From: a virus
Strand: one strand, 5' to 3'
IMG/VR virus record: IMGVR_UViG_3300030060_006228
Location: 3,076-67,075 of that record
Length of the DNA stretch: 64,000 nt
Positions within the stretch are counted from its first letter, which is position 1; each line of letters begins with the position of its first letter. Made by a program: the position numbers and the translations under genes. The notes beneath the pieces were generated by a model. The model was given only the letters and a program-made list of their open reading frames with translations. It did not search any database and was not told the origin of the DNA. Below are positions 8,286 through 18,082 of this stretch, one piece after another.

Positions 8286-8287
8286 GG

Positions 8288-8319
8288 AAAACGGGGACGA
8301 AAGTTCTCGTTTTTCTTTA
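8288..8319 (+). terminator. Terminator after the tmRNA
   Basis: AAACGGGGAC-GAAA-GTTCTCGTTT followed by a T run. Confidence 0.75.
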
Positions 8320-8360
8320 TACATACTATGTTATTTCATTACTTTTTATGGAGGTGTATA

Positions 8361-8579
8361 ATGGATTTTAATTCTGAGTTATGGGAAAACCTAAAACCAT
8401 CCGACAGCGTGATTCGAGGGTTGAAGGCAAGACTTAAATATTGCAGTCAAGACGTAATTTGCACTCCGGCAAATAAATGTGCCTGTGATAAAATGCTTGA
8501 AGATCTGGAAGACTCCGAAGAGTGGATCAACTCTCTTCCGGGTGAAGCAAGTACTTGCGAAACTTCAGATAGAGATTGA
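8361..8579 (+). CDS. Small hypothetical protein with a Cys cluster
   Basis: GGAGG RBS before ATG 8361. Confidence 0.6.
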   Translation: MDFNSELWENLKPSDSVIRGLKARLKYCSQDVICTPANKCACDKMLEDLEDSEEWINSLPGEASTCETSDRD

Positions 8580-8604
8580 CAACCTTAAATAACAGAGGTA
8601 TAAT
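8576..8604 (+). promoter_or_regulatory. Consensus sigma70 promoter
   Basis: TTGACA-N17-TATAAT. Confidence 0.85.
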
Positions 8605-8606
8605 AC

Positions 8607-8777
8607 ATGGGTGATAAGCATGGTGCTGGTAAAGGTGATCGTTACCGACCAGTAGATCAAGATCGTTATAGAGAAAACTACGAAAAGATTTTTGGAAAGG
8701 CAAACAACAATGGAAAAGATTCAAATCGTAAGACTAACAACGGGCGAAGAACTTCTCGCAAAGGCGACAGTAAATGA
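8607..8777 (+). CDS. Small basic phage protein (GKGDRYRPV...YRENYEKIFG), not in the ORF track
   Basis: GAGG RBS; resembles small GKG..RP..Y..N...IF phage ORFs. Confidence 0.65.
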   Translation: MGDKHGAGKGDRYRPVDQDRYRENYEKIFGKANNNGKDSNRKTNNGRRTSRKGDSK

Positions 8778-9042
8778 AGACAAGACTACAATCACCATCA
8801 AGGATGTAGCAATTCTTATCCCTGCTGGTGAAGGTAAACTTGCATTCGCTCCTTGGTGTCCATACAGTGATGTAGCAGATGGTGTGGAGATTGGTATGGA
8901 ACATATCATGTTCACTGCTTCTCCTCAGTCTGAACTTGAACAGCAGTATATCTCCGCTATTAGTGGACTCGCTGTTCCACAGGAAAAGAAGATTGCAACA
9001 CCCGGAGATTTCATGGCGGGTGATCTGAAACTTACTAAATGA
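8710..9042 (+). CDS. Sm-like domain protein of T4-like phages
   Basis: IVRLTTGEELLAK...FAPWCPYS...LEQQY. Confidence 0.7.
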   Translation: MEKIQIVRLTTGEELLAKATVNEDKTTITIKDVAILIPAGEGKLAFAPWCPYSDVADGVEIGMEHIMFTASPQSELEQQYISAISGLAVPQEKKIATPGDFMAGDLKLTK

Positions 9043-9056
9043 TTAGGATGTGAATT

Positions 9057-9929
9057 ATGAATGAAAATGGTGAAGGCGTTTGTCCCGCGTTCAGTATGAT
9101 TAATGGTGAAACATTTTTCCCTACAGAACTAAATGATGAATATGATCTTAATGTAATTGCATATGAAATCAATCCCGAAATGAAACTCACCTCTGGATCA
9201 GGACAGAGGGAGTGGATTAAAAACACGGGTGCTGAATATGACGACGAAGGAAAACTAGTTGGGTTTAGTGGGTATGCAAAGAAATGTCTTCCTCTCATTG
9301 CAGCAAATACCCTTGGATGGCAGGTGCTATCCGATCAGAGATATGAAGTCACATGGAATGGTGGACCTAACATCAATGATATTACTATCGTTTCTGAAGA
9401 TAACAATCCAAAACTAAGTAGTCACTTCGGAACTGGTACAGTAACTTGGCATGTTGGTTATGTATTCTATACAACCAAAGGAAACTTCATGTACTGTAAA
9501 GGTCCAACCAATCATTTCAAGCACGGGATCCAAGCGTGTGAGGGTTTGATCGAAACGGACTGGTTGCCGTTTACATTTACTATGAACTGGATGATAACCA
9601 AACCAAATGAAACTATAGTATTTGAAAAGGGTGAACCCATCTGTCAGTTGTTCCCATATCCAAAGGAATATGTCGAAAACTTTGATGCAAAGATTCGCAC
9701 TAAAGATAGTATGCCTACTGAGTTGAAGAAATTGTACGACTATTGGTGTCACTCTAGAGATGTATTCAACAAAGCGAAGAGAGAGCCTGGTGATTGGGAA
9801 GGTAATTACTTCAAGGGTGAAGTTCACGACAACACCAACTGCGAAGACTTAGGAAGAAAGCATTATACAACAATTAAAATGCCTAAGTTTAAAGTTCAGT
9901 CTTCCCTCGATTCATATGAGTCTGATTGA
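9057..9929 (+). CDS. DUF6065 family protein (paralog 2)
   Basis: CLPLIAANTLGW, SHFGTG, GPTN..K.GI..CEGLIETDWLPFTFTMNW, FEKGEPIC. Confidence 0.85.
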   Translation: MNENGEGVCPAFSMINGETFFPTELNDEYDLNVIAYEINPEMKLTSGSGQREWIKNTGAEYDDEGKLVGFSGYAKKCLPLIAANTLGWQVLSDQRYEVTWNGGPNINDITIVSEDNNPKLSSHFGTGTVTWHVGYVFYTTKGNFMYCKGPTNHFKHGIQACEGLIETDWLPFTFTMNWMITKPNETIVFEKGEPICQLFPYPKEYVENFDAKIRTKDSMPTELKKLYDYWCHSRDVFNKAKREPGDWEGNYFKGEVHDNTNCEDLGRKHYTTIKMPKFKVQSSLDSYESD

Positions 9930-9935
9930 TTTACT

Positions 9936-10009
9936 GCGCCCGTAACTCAATTGGATAGAGTAGCGGCCTTCTAAGCCGCAAGTTGCTGGTTCGAGTCCAG
10001 CCGGGCGTG
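9936..10009 (+). tRNA. tRNA-Arg(UCU)
   Basis: Canonical cloverleaf; GCGGC-CTTCTAA-GCCGC. Confidence 0.95.
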
Positions 10010-10022
10010 TTGGAGTTTAATA

Positions 10023-10271
10023 ATGCCACATGTAATAACAAAGTCATGCGTAGGAGTAAAGGACGGATCTTGTGTAGATGTCTGTCCAGTTGATTGTATT
10101 CATTCTGATGAGGACTCTGATCAATTTTACATAGATCCGGACACCTGCATTGATTGCGGACTGTGTGTAGATGAATGTCCAGTCAATGCAATTTATAGTG
10201 AAGAAGACCTTACTCCAGATCTTCAAAAATACATACAAATCAATTTGGATTATTTTGAAAACAAGACTTGA
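10023..10271 (+). CDS. FdxA-type dicluster ferredoxin
   Basis: C-x7[10 protein letters not shown] and [12 protein letters not shown]. Confidence 0.92.
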   Translation: MPHVITKSCVGVKDGSCVDVCPVDCIHSDEDSDQFYIDPDTCIDCGLCVDECPVNAIYSEEDLTPDLQKYIQINLDYFENKT

Positions 10272-10639
10272 TGGAATCTAGAATAATAAAAACTATAGAT
10301 TTTGCTAGGGACATTACTATTCAAAACCCCCGTCCAAAAAAGCATACTTCAATCATTCTCAGAAAGAATGAAATAGTTTCGGTTGGAACAAACCTAAATA
10401 GAACGCATCCTCTTGCTAAAAAGTATGGTTATCTTTTTGATGAAGTGCATTCTGAGTTAGACGCTCTTCTGCGATATAAAGGACCGAAAGATAATCTGAT
10501 TCTCATAAATTATAGGTTTAACAGGTTTGGTGATATGAGGATGTCCAAGCCTTGCAGAAAATGTACCCCTTGGTGTGTGGGTGTATTTGATAAAATTTGG
10601 TATACTACTAATCAAGGTATGAACGAACTAGAATTTTAA
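10271..10639 (+). CDS. Zn-dependent cytidine/dCMP deaminase-fold protein
   Basis: HSE and PCxxC (SKPCRKC) motifs. Confidence 0.8.
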   Translation: MESRIIKTIDFARDITIQNPRPKKHTSIILRKNEIVSVGTNLNRTHPLAKKYGYLFDEVHSELDALLRYKGPKDNLILINYRFNRFGDMRMSKPCRKCTPWCVGVFDKIWYTTNQGMNELEF

Positions 10640-10650
10640 GGAGAAGTTCA

Positions 10651-10869
10651 ATGTATTCACTCGGAGAGTCTGTAATAAATAAAAATAACCATAAGATGGC
10701 TACTGTAATATGTACAGATTCGCCTATTGATGAAAATGTTGATAGCAGTGAACAAACTGTTCGCATTCGTTATGAAGAAAGTGGACTAGAGGAATGGGTT
10801 CCTGTTTCATCAGTGGCAAACTTTCTCCTCGAAGTTGAGCCGGGTGAGGGAAATTACCTTGCAGAGTAA
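10651..10869 (+). CDS. Hypothetical protein
   Basis: AAGGAG RBS. Confidence 0.65.
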   Translation: MYSLGESVINKNNHKMATVICTDSPIDENVDSSEQTVRIRYEESGLEEWVPVSSVANFLLEVEPGEGNYLAE

Positions 10870-10876
10870 ATGTCCT

Positions 10877-11017
10877 ATGGTAAAATACAAGTCGCATATG
10901 ATATGCGGGGTGCTTGCGATCTTGTGCCCTTTCTCTTTGATTGTGACAATACCGGCATTTTTTGGTGCTAAAAAGTTGAGGAAAAGAAATGAACATCAAC
11001 GAACAGAAGTGGATTGA
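10877..11017 (+). CDS. Small membrane protein
   Basis: One hydrophobic segment and a basic tail; fills the gap. Confidence 0.45.
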   Translation: MVKYKSHMICGVLAILCPFSLIVTIPAFFGAKKLRKRNEHQRTEVD

Positions 11018-11387
11018 CAGTATGACGGATAAAGCAGAAAAAGGCTTTAGTTATTACGTTTGGGAAAACAGAATGCCTGTTTCTCCCAATGATGTCATTC
11101 GTGTTTCTGGTAATCATGAATGTTTCGTCACAGGGGACACAATCAAACCACAGGATGATGCACATTGGACAGACGAGTTTGACGCATGGGTTTCTATCCG
11201 TGGATATCAAATGATTCAGAACGCTCAGTCTACAGGTGAACTCTCTAATAATAGAGAATGGGAACTTATGTTCGCAGAGTGGTACGCGAAGGATGAATCT
11301 ATCGCGGGACTAGAAGAAGCGTGGCACAGTGAACGCATGGCAAAGTCTGCTGATGACGCAGGATGTTTCGACGCAATAGACGATTAA
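10989..11387 (+). CDS. Hypothetical protein
   Basis: 132-aa ORF with a GAGG RBS. Confidence 0.65.
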   Translation: MNINEQKWIDSMTDKAEKGFSYYVWENRMPVSPNDVIRVSGNHECFVTGDTIKPQDDAHWTDEFDAWVSIRGYQMIQNAQSTGELSNNREWELMFAEWYAKDESIAGLEEAWHSERMAKSADDAGCFDAIDD

Positions 11388-11392
11388 TCTAA

Positions 11393-11476
11393 GCGGTCGT
11401 GGCGGAATGGCAGACGCAACGGACTTAAAATCCGTCGAGGGTTAACCTCATGTGGGTTCGAGTCCCACCGACCGTA
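11393..11476 (+). tRNA. tRNA-Leu(UAA)
   Basis: Long variable arm; ACGGA-CTTAAAA-TCCGT. Confidence 0.95.
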
Positions 11477-11480
11477 TTTA

Positions 11481-11554
11481 CAGAGTGTAGCACAGTTTGG
11501 TAGTGCGTTGCGTTTGGGACGCAAAGGTCGTAGGTTCAAATCCTATCACTCTGA
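11481..11554 (+). tRNA. tRNA-Pro(UGG)
   Basis: CAGAGTG/CACTCTG acceptor; TTGCG-TTTGGGA-CGCAA. Confidence 0.95.
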
Positions 11555-11555
11555 T

Positions 11556-13037
11556 TTAATAGCCTCCGCCTCCACCGTATCCTCCGCCACCGCCCATCGG
11601 GGGACTGGGGGGATTGAGGGGATCGATTAAATCTTCAAATGGATCTTCCATGTCTTGGAATTCAGGCGTAGATTGAAGATTTGGATCGCTATCTTGTTGG
11701 GGAGTATCTCTCGTTGGAGGTGGCTTTGGAGGTGCTTCACCGACTTCCGCTGCAATACCCTGCTGACCGGGGTTACATCCGGCTCTCGTCATACACGCGG
11801 ACACATTTCTCCAATAACCATCGGTCGATGACGACCGATGACCGCAAGGTCCCCCGTTGTGCATTCTTGCAAGATCCTCGCAAGTGCAGCATCGTAGACG
11901 TTCTATCTCACCATTTGATTTTGTATACTCATGAATTGTTTTGCCGGTGCAGTGACAGTCCTTGCTCTTGAAGTTTCTTGTATATCTTCTTCTCCAACAG
12001 TCTATAAGTTTTTCACTTTTTCGTTTCTTCTCTGCACAACACGCAGAATCACCTTTAACACATTCTCTACACAATGTCGCAGCATAATCGGGCTGGCAAA
12101 CTTCACAACAATTTGCTGTGTCGTAGCCTGGCCTCGTTCCACCCGGTCCATCTCCTCCTTGAGAGTCTCCGCCTCTACATGGTCTGGTTCCCCCGCCGGA
12201 TGTTCCACAAATATCTTCGATATAAGCACGCCATGATATTTGATATGGACCACAATCACAACTATTAAATGTCCCAAATTTATCACACGGATCTCCGGGG
12301 AGACAATCGTCAATACCATCACAGTTACTGTCGAATCTTTCTCTCATGGGAACGTCTTGCGGATTCCGATCCCCATCGCGGGGAACGTCGGTGTCACAAT
12401 CTCCACAATCGGTTGCTTGTGCGTTACAACCTTCGTTTGGGTAGCCCCTAGATTCTTCTTCACGAATACATCCCATAAGGCAGTCAAAATTAGCACCTGT
12501 GCAGCATATATTAAGTCTAGGTCCGGGACGAACATTAACAATAGTTACTGGTTTATCGGGACCTTCTTCTAGATCTGGTGGTTGGTATATGTCAAAACCA
12601 GATGTGTCTGGGGGTTCAACGCTACCTCTAGGTGGTTCTGGGCGACTACCAAGTCCTCCCCCATCACTTCTAAAGGTGGCTTCTATTTGAATTATTAGTT
12701 CTCCACCCATTCCACTATGGTTAGAACAGAAATAGTAGAGTTTTGGTGGTGTGTTTAATGTTGGGGTTAGTTCAACTCTGGGGTTTGCTTCTGGATCAAA
12801 ATCATTGTTCATAAAATCAACGTATCTTTCATATGATACTTGAATATTATTAATGATATAAGAAATTTCATCCCCATTATAAATGGAACCACCAGCGTGA
12901 GTCCCGTTCGGTGTAGTTGAGAACAAAATTGGATGTCCAGCATTTCTAAAATCGTCTAGATTAAATGAATAAGTTTCACCCACAAGAATGGTAGGTGTTG
13001 CTTGTCTTTCATCGTTTAAATAATATTTATTTGCCAT
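11556..13037 (-). CDS. Putative virion protein: LYYFCSNHSGMGG domain plus Cys-rich region
   Basis: GHPILFSTT..GTH.GG / LYYFCSNHSGMGG module of the kind found in T4-like structural proteins; Gly/Tyr tail. Confidence 0.6.
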   Translation of the reverse strand: MANKYYLNDERQATPTILVGETYSFNLDDFRNAGHPILFSTTPNGTHAGGSIYNGDEISYIINNIQVSYERYVDFMNNDFDPEANPRVELTPTLNTPPKLYYFCSNHSGMGGELIIQIEATFRSDGGGLGSRPEPPRGSVEPPDTSGFDIYQPPDLEEGPDKPVTIVNVRPGPRLNICCTGANFDCLMGCIREEESRGYPNEGCNAQATDCGDCDTDVPRDGDRNPQDVPMRERFDSNCDGIDDCLPGDPCDKFGTFNSCDCGPYQISWRAYIEDICGTSGGGTRPCRGGDSQGGDGPGGTRPGYDTANCCEVCQPDYAATLCRECVKGDSACCAEKKRKSEKLIDCWRRRYTRNFKSKDCHCTGKTIHEYTKSNGEIERLRCCTCEDLARMHNGGPCGHRSSSTDGYWRNVSACMTRAGCNPGQQGIAAEVGEAPPKPPPTRDTPQQDSDPNLQSTPEFQDMEDPFEDLIDPLNPPSPPMGGGGGYGGGGGY

Positions 13038-13082
13038 TTAATCAACCTTTTCTAGTTTACACTATGTATTTCTGTTTGAGTT

Positions 13083-15188
13083 TTACCTGTAGCAACAAGG
13101 TCCTTTTATCCTATACAATTTACCTGTATCATTGTGTCTTACAACGAAGATATTTGCTGTCTGACCTTTAGTCGGCGACGATCCCTTTGGACATTTTCCT
13201 GCTTCCTGTCCAATAGCCCTCAGATCGAGACAGTCTCCACCGTTATTATCTGGTACAGGACCGTTGTATGGAATTGCGGAATAGGGGGATCCATCTTCAT
13301 TGTCTGTAAAATCTGCTCTACAACCAGATAGAATTATATTACATTCGGGTTTTGTTGGTATAGTTACTTGGAATAGGTTTCCTGCTGCTGCTATTTGATC
13401 CTCAACTGCCTTTGATTCTGAACCATCTTCTTTTCTAACCACAATATTGAATTCTGTTTTTTCTTGTACAGCACCAACAGAGATATTAAATTGATTTGGT
13501 GGTTTGGGATATGAGTATTCTGTGGTAGTAGGTGTATCTGTGGTAACACTTCTTCTTGCAGATTTCTTCGGGGGTGTCAGTTCATATACGCGGGGAGAAT
13601 AGTTTCCAACTTGTAGTTCTCCTCCCATATTTCTGTCAGCAGAGTTATAATAATAAAGAGTGGAATTTGCATCACCCTTGTTTATCTTTAGGAAAGTATA
13701 TGCACCGGGAGTTCCGGGTGTTCCAATCAGTATCCTATTTGTATAGTTCTGAACTCCTCTTGCGAGACTGTCCACTGTTTTCTTAAACGCAATATAAACG
13801 CCTCGGTTACTGGGATGTGACTGATTGAATCTGTAGGTTCTTCCAGCGACAAGAACTGGTTTAGAACTTAAAACAATTTCACCATTTTCTATAGTTACAT
13901 CTATTGTTCTATCTAAATCTCTTTCGTAATTTCTTTCCAGAGGAACTTCTATTTGAGAATTAGAAACAGCCGCGGATTGAATGTTTCTTACTTCAAGCCT
14001 ATCACCAAGACCATCTACTATCACATTTTGAGGTCGTGCTGTTAATGCTTCCGGTGTGTTTATTGTTGTTGGATCAGAAACTACAGTTCTAGACGTTTCA
14101 TCTGGTAAAATTGATGTTGTAGATCTCGGAGGACAACACGCACATCTTACATTTGAATCGTCATCGGGAGAATCCGGGAATGTAGCAAAGCCAGAACAAG
14201 AAGAGTCATATCTTTCATCACAAAAGTTTCGACTCTGATAATTAAAAAGATAATCCATGTTCATAGATCTTGCTAATGATATACACTCCCAATCATCTTT
14301 ACATCCACAAGAATACACTTCATTTTGTGTAAATACATTTCCGGTTTCATCATCTTCGATTCTTTGGTTTTCTTTTAGATAAAGACAACACGTTCCTCGT
14401 CCTCCGTTGGAATTATTTTGTCTTCTTAGACTACGAACTTCTCTCAATGTGGTTTTGTCTAGTTGGTTTTCTGAGTAACCATTTCTGTATAATCTAACCG
14501 GAGTCACAGTCCCCATTAAGTCTTCTTCTTCAAGTCTGTTATTTAGTGTTATGATCTCAACACCATTTTCTACTTTATAAGAATCAACTTCGAATCTGCC
14601 TTTATTTAAGGTAGTATTTATTTCCAGTAAATCGCCCCGCAGAATAGGTCTTGCATTTCTGAATGAATACTTCGAGTCTGGACCTGTTTGGTTTCTTATC
14701 TCAAATAAACTTTTAGACTCTACTGAGGCGTTTGTTGTTGACAGTCTAGGAACTGTAGTAAAATACTTTGATTCGTATACTTCAGTTTTAGAATCTTTAT
14801 TGGTTACACTTGTTACATTTGCTGTTACGGTGTTTCCGTTAAAAGATATAAGTGTAAAGGAACCACTTAAATCAGATTCTACTTTTGCTCCTCTTTCTTT
14901 TATAAAAGAGGCAGTTTCAGAGTCTATGGTAAAAGAATCTCCGGTGGACATTTTCCCAAAGAAAATTTTCAGAGTTTCTAAATCATGATCGGAGGCATGA
15001 CTATAATCAAAAATTACCTCAGTGTTTGAGTTGTAAAACACCACAGTGGGTATGGTGTCTAGTGGATCATTTTTTGATATGACATCATCGGTGCTATCGG
15101 CAATAACCATACCAATAATCTCACCAGAAAAATAAATGGTGGGTTTAAAGGTACTCTTTGATCTTCTTATAGATCTTCTTTTTGCCAT
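13083..15188 (-). CDS. Putative virion structural protein
   Basis: 701 aa; degenerate copy of the same module (TYRFNQSHPSN...LYYYN...MGG) and a GTCC Cys insert. Confidence 0.6.
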   Translation of the reverse strand: MAKRRSIRRSKSTFKPTIYFSGEIIGMVIADSTDDVISKNDPLDTIPTVVFYNSNTEVIFDYSHASDHDLETLKIFFGKMSTGDSFTIDSETASFIKERGAKVESDLSGSFTLISFNGNTVTANVTSVTNKDSKTEVYESKYFTTVPRLSTTNASVESKSLFEIRNQTGPDSKYSFRNARPILRGDLLEINTTLNKGRFEVDSYKVENGVEIITLNNRLEEEDLMGTVTPVRLYRNGYSENQLDKTTLREVRSLRRQNNSNGGRGTCCLYLKENQRIEDDETGNVFTQNEVYSCGCKDDWECISLARSMNMDYLFNYQSRNFCDERYDSSCSGFATFPDSPDDDSNVRCACCPPRSTTSILPDETSRTVVSDPTTINTPEALTARPQNVIVDGLGDRLEVRNIQSAAVSNSQIEVPLERNYERDLDRTIDVTIENGEIVLSSKPVLVAGRTYRFNQSHPSNRGVYIAFKKTVDSLARGVQNYTNRILIGTPGTPGAYTFLKINKGDANSTLYYYNSADRNMGGELQVGNYSPRVYELTPPKKSARRSVTTDTPTTTEYSYPKPPNQFNISVGAVQEKTEFNIVVRKEDGSESKAVEDQIAAAGNLFQVTIPTKPECNIILSGCRADFTDNEDGSPYSAIPYNGPVPDNNGGDCLDLRAIGQEAGKCPKGSSPTKGQTANIFVVRHNDTGKLYRIKGPCCYR

Positions 15189-15208
15189 GATAGATCCCTA
15201 TTTAATTA

Positions 15209-16687
15209 TCAAGATCCAACATAAACAACTCTTGTCCCCGAATTACCACCGGGGGCGAGTGGTGCTGGTCCTCCGGGTGGTGGGGAAACTCCGCCACCTC
15301 CGCCACCGGCGAATGTTCTGACGAAGATTTGATTTAGATTACTAACTTCAATGAAAATCGATTCTCCGGGTTCAAGGATATATCCGTTGTTTGGACTTTG
15401 ACTTACATTTCTACCACCGATAACGACATCTTGAGTAGAACTTGGAGAGTTCTTAACATTCACACCACTTCGTAGAGTCGTGTTATTTCCAAGCACCTGA
15501 GTAGAACCCGATGGTATGACTGATCCGGAAATACAAGTTTTGGGTGGATCTGATGTTACCTTCGCACGGACTTTTCCTGATCCGAGATCTATTCGAATAT
15601 TATCAATATCAGAGGTGTTTGCCTTTATGGACTCTAGATTATCAACAATCCCACCATCTCTATCGGTGAGGGCAGACACAATAGCGGCATCGTTAATTTC
15701 TACGGTGTTGTTAACATTAGTGTTTAGATTGCCATCAGAGTATACTTCAACTGCTCCGTCGTTTTCACCTCGAATGATAACCGGATCATGTCCTGCACCG
15801 GCAGTAAATCCTTGAACTCTGAGTGGGGAGAATGCTGGAGCGCCGTTTGTTACCCCGACAGTGGACGATACGTTGACGGTAGCATTAATGTCCGCTCCAC
15901 CGATCCAGGCTTTAAGATAACCACCAGAGAATCCTAAAGTCTCTCCTGCGGCACTTACAATTTCACTGATAACGGAGGTTCCGCCATCGGAACCATAGAC
16001 TTTAACCGAATCTGTGGATGAAGTAAGAACTCTACCACCACTAATGTCAATTGAACCTGTTACTTCAACACTGTCTGTTGTATAGTTTAATGGTCTACCA
16101 CCAGTAACTGCCACAGGCCAGTATTGTGCGTTTGTGGTTCCTCCAGCCGGAGGTAACGCAATATCGTCGAACGGGCTAAACTGCTTTCCGACATACAAGC
16201 CAGATGTAACACCAACCATCTGGATAGCAGAAGTTGCTAAGGTTCCCGGAGTAGCGGTGGATGAGAGACGCACATCACCCGTCACAGCGATTGCTGTCGC
16301 TCCGGGGAGTCCGAACGCAACGACTTCTAGGTTGCTCCCGTAGGTGCTTCCTGCGACTGCTAGGTATTCGATTGAACTGTTTGCAGTTAATCCAATAAGT
16401 GCCTCTGGGTTTCCTTCTTCCGCCCATGAGTAGTTTCTGTTTAACTGATATGTGATTCCGGGTGAAGTAACCACACTAACGTCAAGTGCGCCAGTTCCAC
16501 CCTGAATTTGAACAGGAAGAGGTCTATTTGCAGAGACTCTTTCTGTGACGGTGGAGTCTCCCCACGCCATCTTCATGATTTGTGCATGTGCGTTTGTTAA
16601 ACCGACTCCCGCAGCATGGTAGTCGGTGCCCATTGACGCTGTATTTCCACTGATGTCAATAGTGATGTTTGGATCTGTATCTGCCAT
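15209..16687 (-). CDS. Putative virion structural protein
   Basis: G/T/V-rich beta-type sequence; NGYILEPGESIFIEV C-terminal domain. Confidence 0.6.
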   Translation of the reverse strand: MADTDPNITIDISGNTASMGTDYHAAGVGLTNAHAQIMKMAWGDSTVTERVSANRPLPVQIQGGTGALDVSVVTSPGITYQLNRNYSWAEEGNPEALIGLTANSSIEYLAVAGSTYGSNLEVVAFGLPGATAIAVTGDVRLSSTATPGTLATSAIQMVGVTSGLYVGKQFSPFDDIALPPAGGTTNAQYWPVAVTGGRPLNYTTDSVEVTGSIDISGGRVLTSSTDSVKVYGSDGGTSVISEIVSAAGETLGFSGGYLKAWIGGADINATVNVSSTVGVTNGAPAFSPLRVQGFTAGAGHDPVIIRGENDGAVEVYSDGNLNTNVNNTVEINDAAIVSALTDRDGGIVDNLESIKANTSDIDNIRIDLGSGKVRAKVTSDPPKTCISGSVIPSGSTQVLGNNTTLRSGVNVKNSPSSTQDVVIGGRNVSQSPNNGYILEPGESIFIEVSNLNQIFVRTFAGGGGGGVSPPPGGPAPLAPGGNSGTRVVYVGS

Positions 16688-16814
16688 TTTGGTTTAACTC
16701 CCCTGTTGGGCATATCTTCTAAAAGAGTGATTTACTAATATATATAATCCAATTTTTATCTTGAGGCCTAAAACAATGTGTTATATAATTGTGAACAGAA
16801 AGGAGGAATTATGT

Positions 16815-17051
16815 ATGGTTGTAAGATTAGATTTTAAGAGTAAATTTTCACGGGAAGTAGAAACCTATGTTCAAGAAAACGGAGGAACTTACATCGAGGC
16901 AGTTTTAGAAATCGGTGAAAAGTTTGAGATAGAACCAGATGTTGCTGGTAAGAACTTAACAAAGCCGATTATAGAAAAGATACAAATAGAAGGCGGAGAT
17001 ATGAATTTGCTGCCTAGGAAAAAAAGCAAAGAATTACCTTTTAATGGTTGA
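16815..17051 (+). CDS. 33: Late-transcription coactivator gp33
   Basis: F..EVE..V......YIEAV...LTKPIIEKIQIE...MNLL; lies just upstream of gp32. Confidence 0.85.
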   Translation: MVVRLDFKSKFSREVETYVQENGGTYIEAVLEIGEKFEIEPDVAGKNLTKPIIEKIQIEGGDMNLLPRKKSKELPFNG

Positions 17052-17152
17052 TTACTTTTGTTTTTACTGTACTATATACTACATCGAAGCGGGGAGTTCC
17101 CGTTAGTATTCATTTGAACGGGGTAGTTCCCCGGAACATAAAGGAAAAGCGT

Positions 17153-18025
17153 ATGTCATTTTCAGATTTTAAAAAGCGTTCACAGAACAGCATCGAAGAT
17201 CTCCAAAAGAAATTGGAGTCAACAGAAAAGAAGGAATCGTATAAGGATGATCGTTTCTGGCGTCCAGAACTGGACAGTGCTTCAAACGGTTATGCAGTAA
17301 TTAGATTCCTGCCAAGTGCGGAGAATGAAGATCTCCCTTGGGCAAAGTATTACTCTCATGGTTTCCAAGGTAAGGGTGGTTGGTTCATTGAGAACTGTCC
17401 CACTACTATCGGTGGAAAGTGTCCTCTATGTGAGGTAAACAATGACCTTTGGAACAGTGGTTTGGAGTCCGACAAGGACATCGCACGACAGCGTAAGCGC
17501 CGTCTGCACTATGTTTCAAACATCTTGGTTGTTAGTGATCCTGCTAATCCTCAGAATGAGGGTAAGATCTTCCTCTACAAGTACGGTAAGAAGATCTTTG
17601 ACAAGATCCAAGCCTCCATGCAACCAGAATTCCCTGATGAGGAACCAGTAAATCCCTTTGATTTCTGGGGTGGTGCAGATTTCCGACTCAAGGTTCGTAA
17701 GGTTGCAGGATTTATCAACTATGATAAGTCTGAATTCTCTGCTCCTAGTGCAGTCCTTGATGGTGATGATGCTAAGTTGGAAGAACTCTGGAAGAAGCAG
17801 TATGCACTCGCTGAATTCACAGATCCTTCAAACTTCAAGTCTTATGATGAATTGAAGAAGCGTCTTAATGACGTTCTTGGTGGAGAGGTTCGTGCCACTG
17901 AAATGGAAAACCAGAAGACAGCAGAAGATGTTGTTGATACGGTAGAAACACAAACAACCGAAAATGTAGGTGAGAGTGAAGAGTCTGATGCTCTTTCATA
18001 TTTTGAAAAACTTGCAGGTGAATGA
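17153..18025 (+). CDS. 32: ssDNA-binding protein gp32
   Basis: DDRFWRP, GYAVIRFLP, ENCPTT..CPLC, KYGKKIFDKI, NYDKSEF, acidic tail. Confidence 0.97.
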   Translation: MSFSDFKKRSQNSIEDLQKKLESTEKKESYKDDRFWRPELDSASNGYAVIRFLPSAENEDLPWAKYYSHGFQGKGGWFIENCPTTIGGKCPLCEVNNDLWNSGLESDKDIARQRKRRLHYVSNILVVSDPANPQNEGKIFLYKYGKKIFDKIQASMQPEFPDEEPVNPFDFWGGADFRLKVRKVAGFINYDKSEFSAPSAVLDGDDAKLEELWKKQYALAEFTDPSNFKSYDELKKRLNDVLGGEVRATEMENQKTAEDVVDTVETQTTENVGESEESDALSYFEKLAGE

Positions 18026-18048
18026 AGTTATGTGACTTCGGTTGTTTT

Positions 18049-18082
18049 AGGGGGGAGCAGAAATGCTCCCCCCTTTTCTTTT
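18049..18082 (+). terminator. Rho-independent terminator between convergent genes
   Basis: GGGGGGAGCA-GAAA-TGCTCCCCCC followed by a T run. Confidence 0.9.

Noticed and set aside
13037-13083. Frameshift or readthrough fusion of the two minus-strand structural genes
   Set aside because: An in-frame TAA immediately precedes the 13037 ATG, and the gene has its own RBS-like sequence
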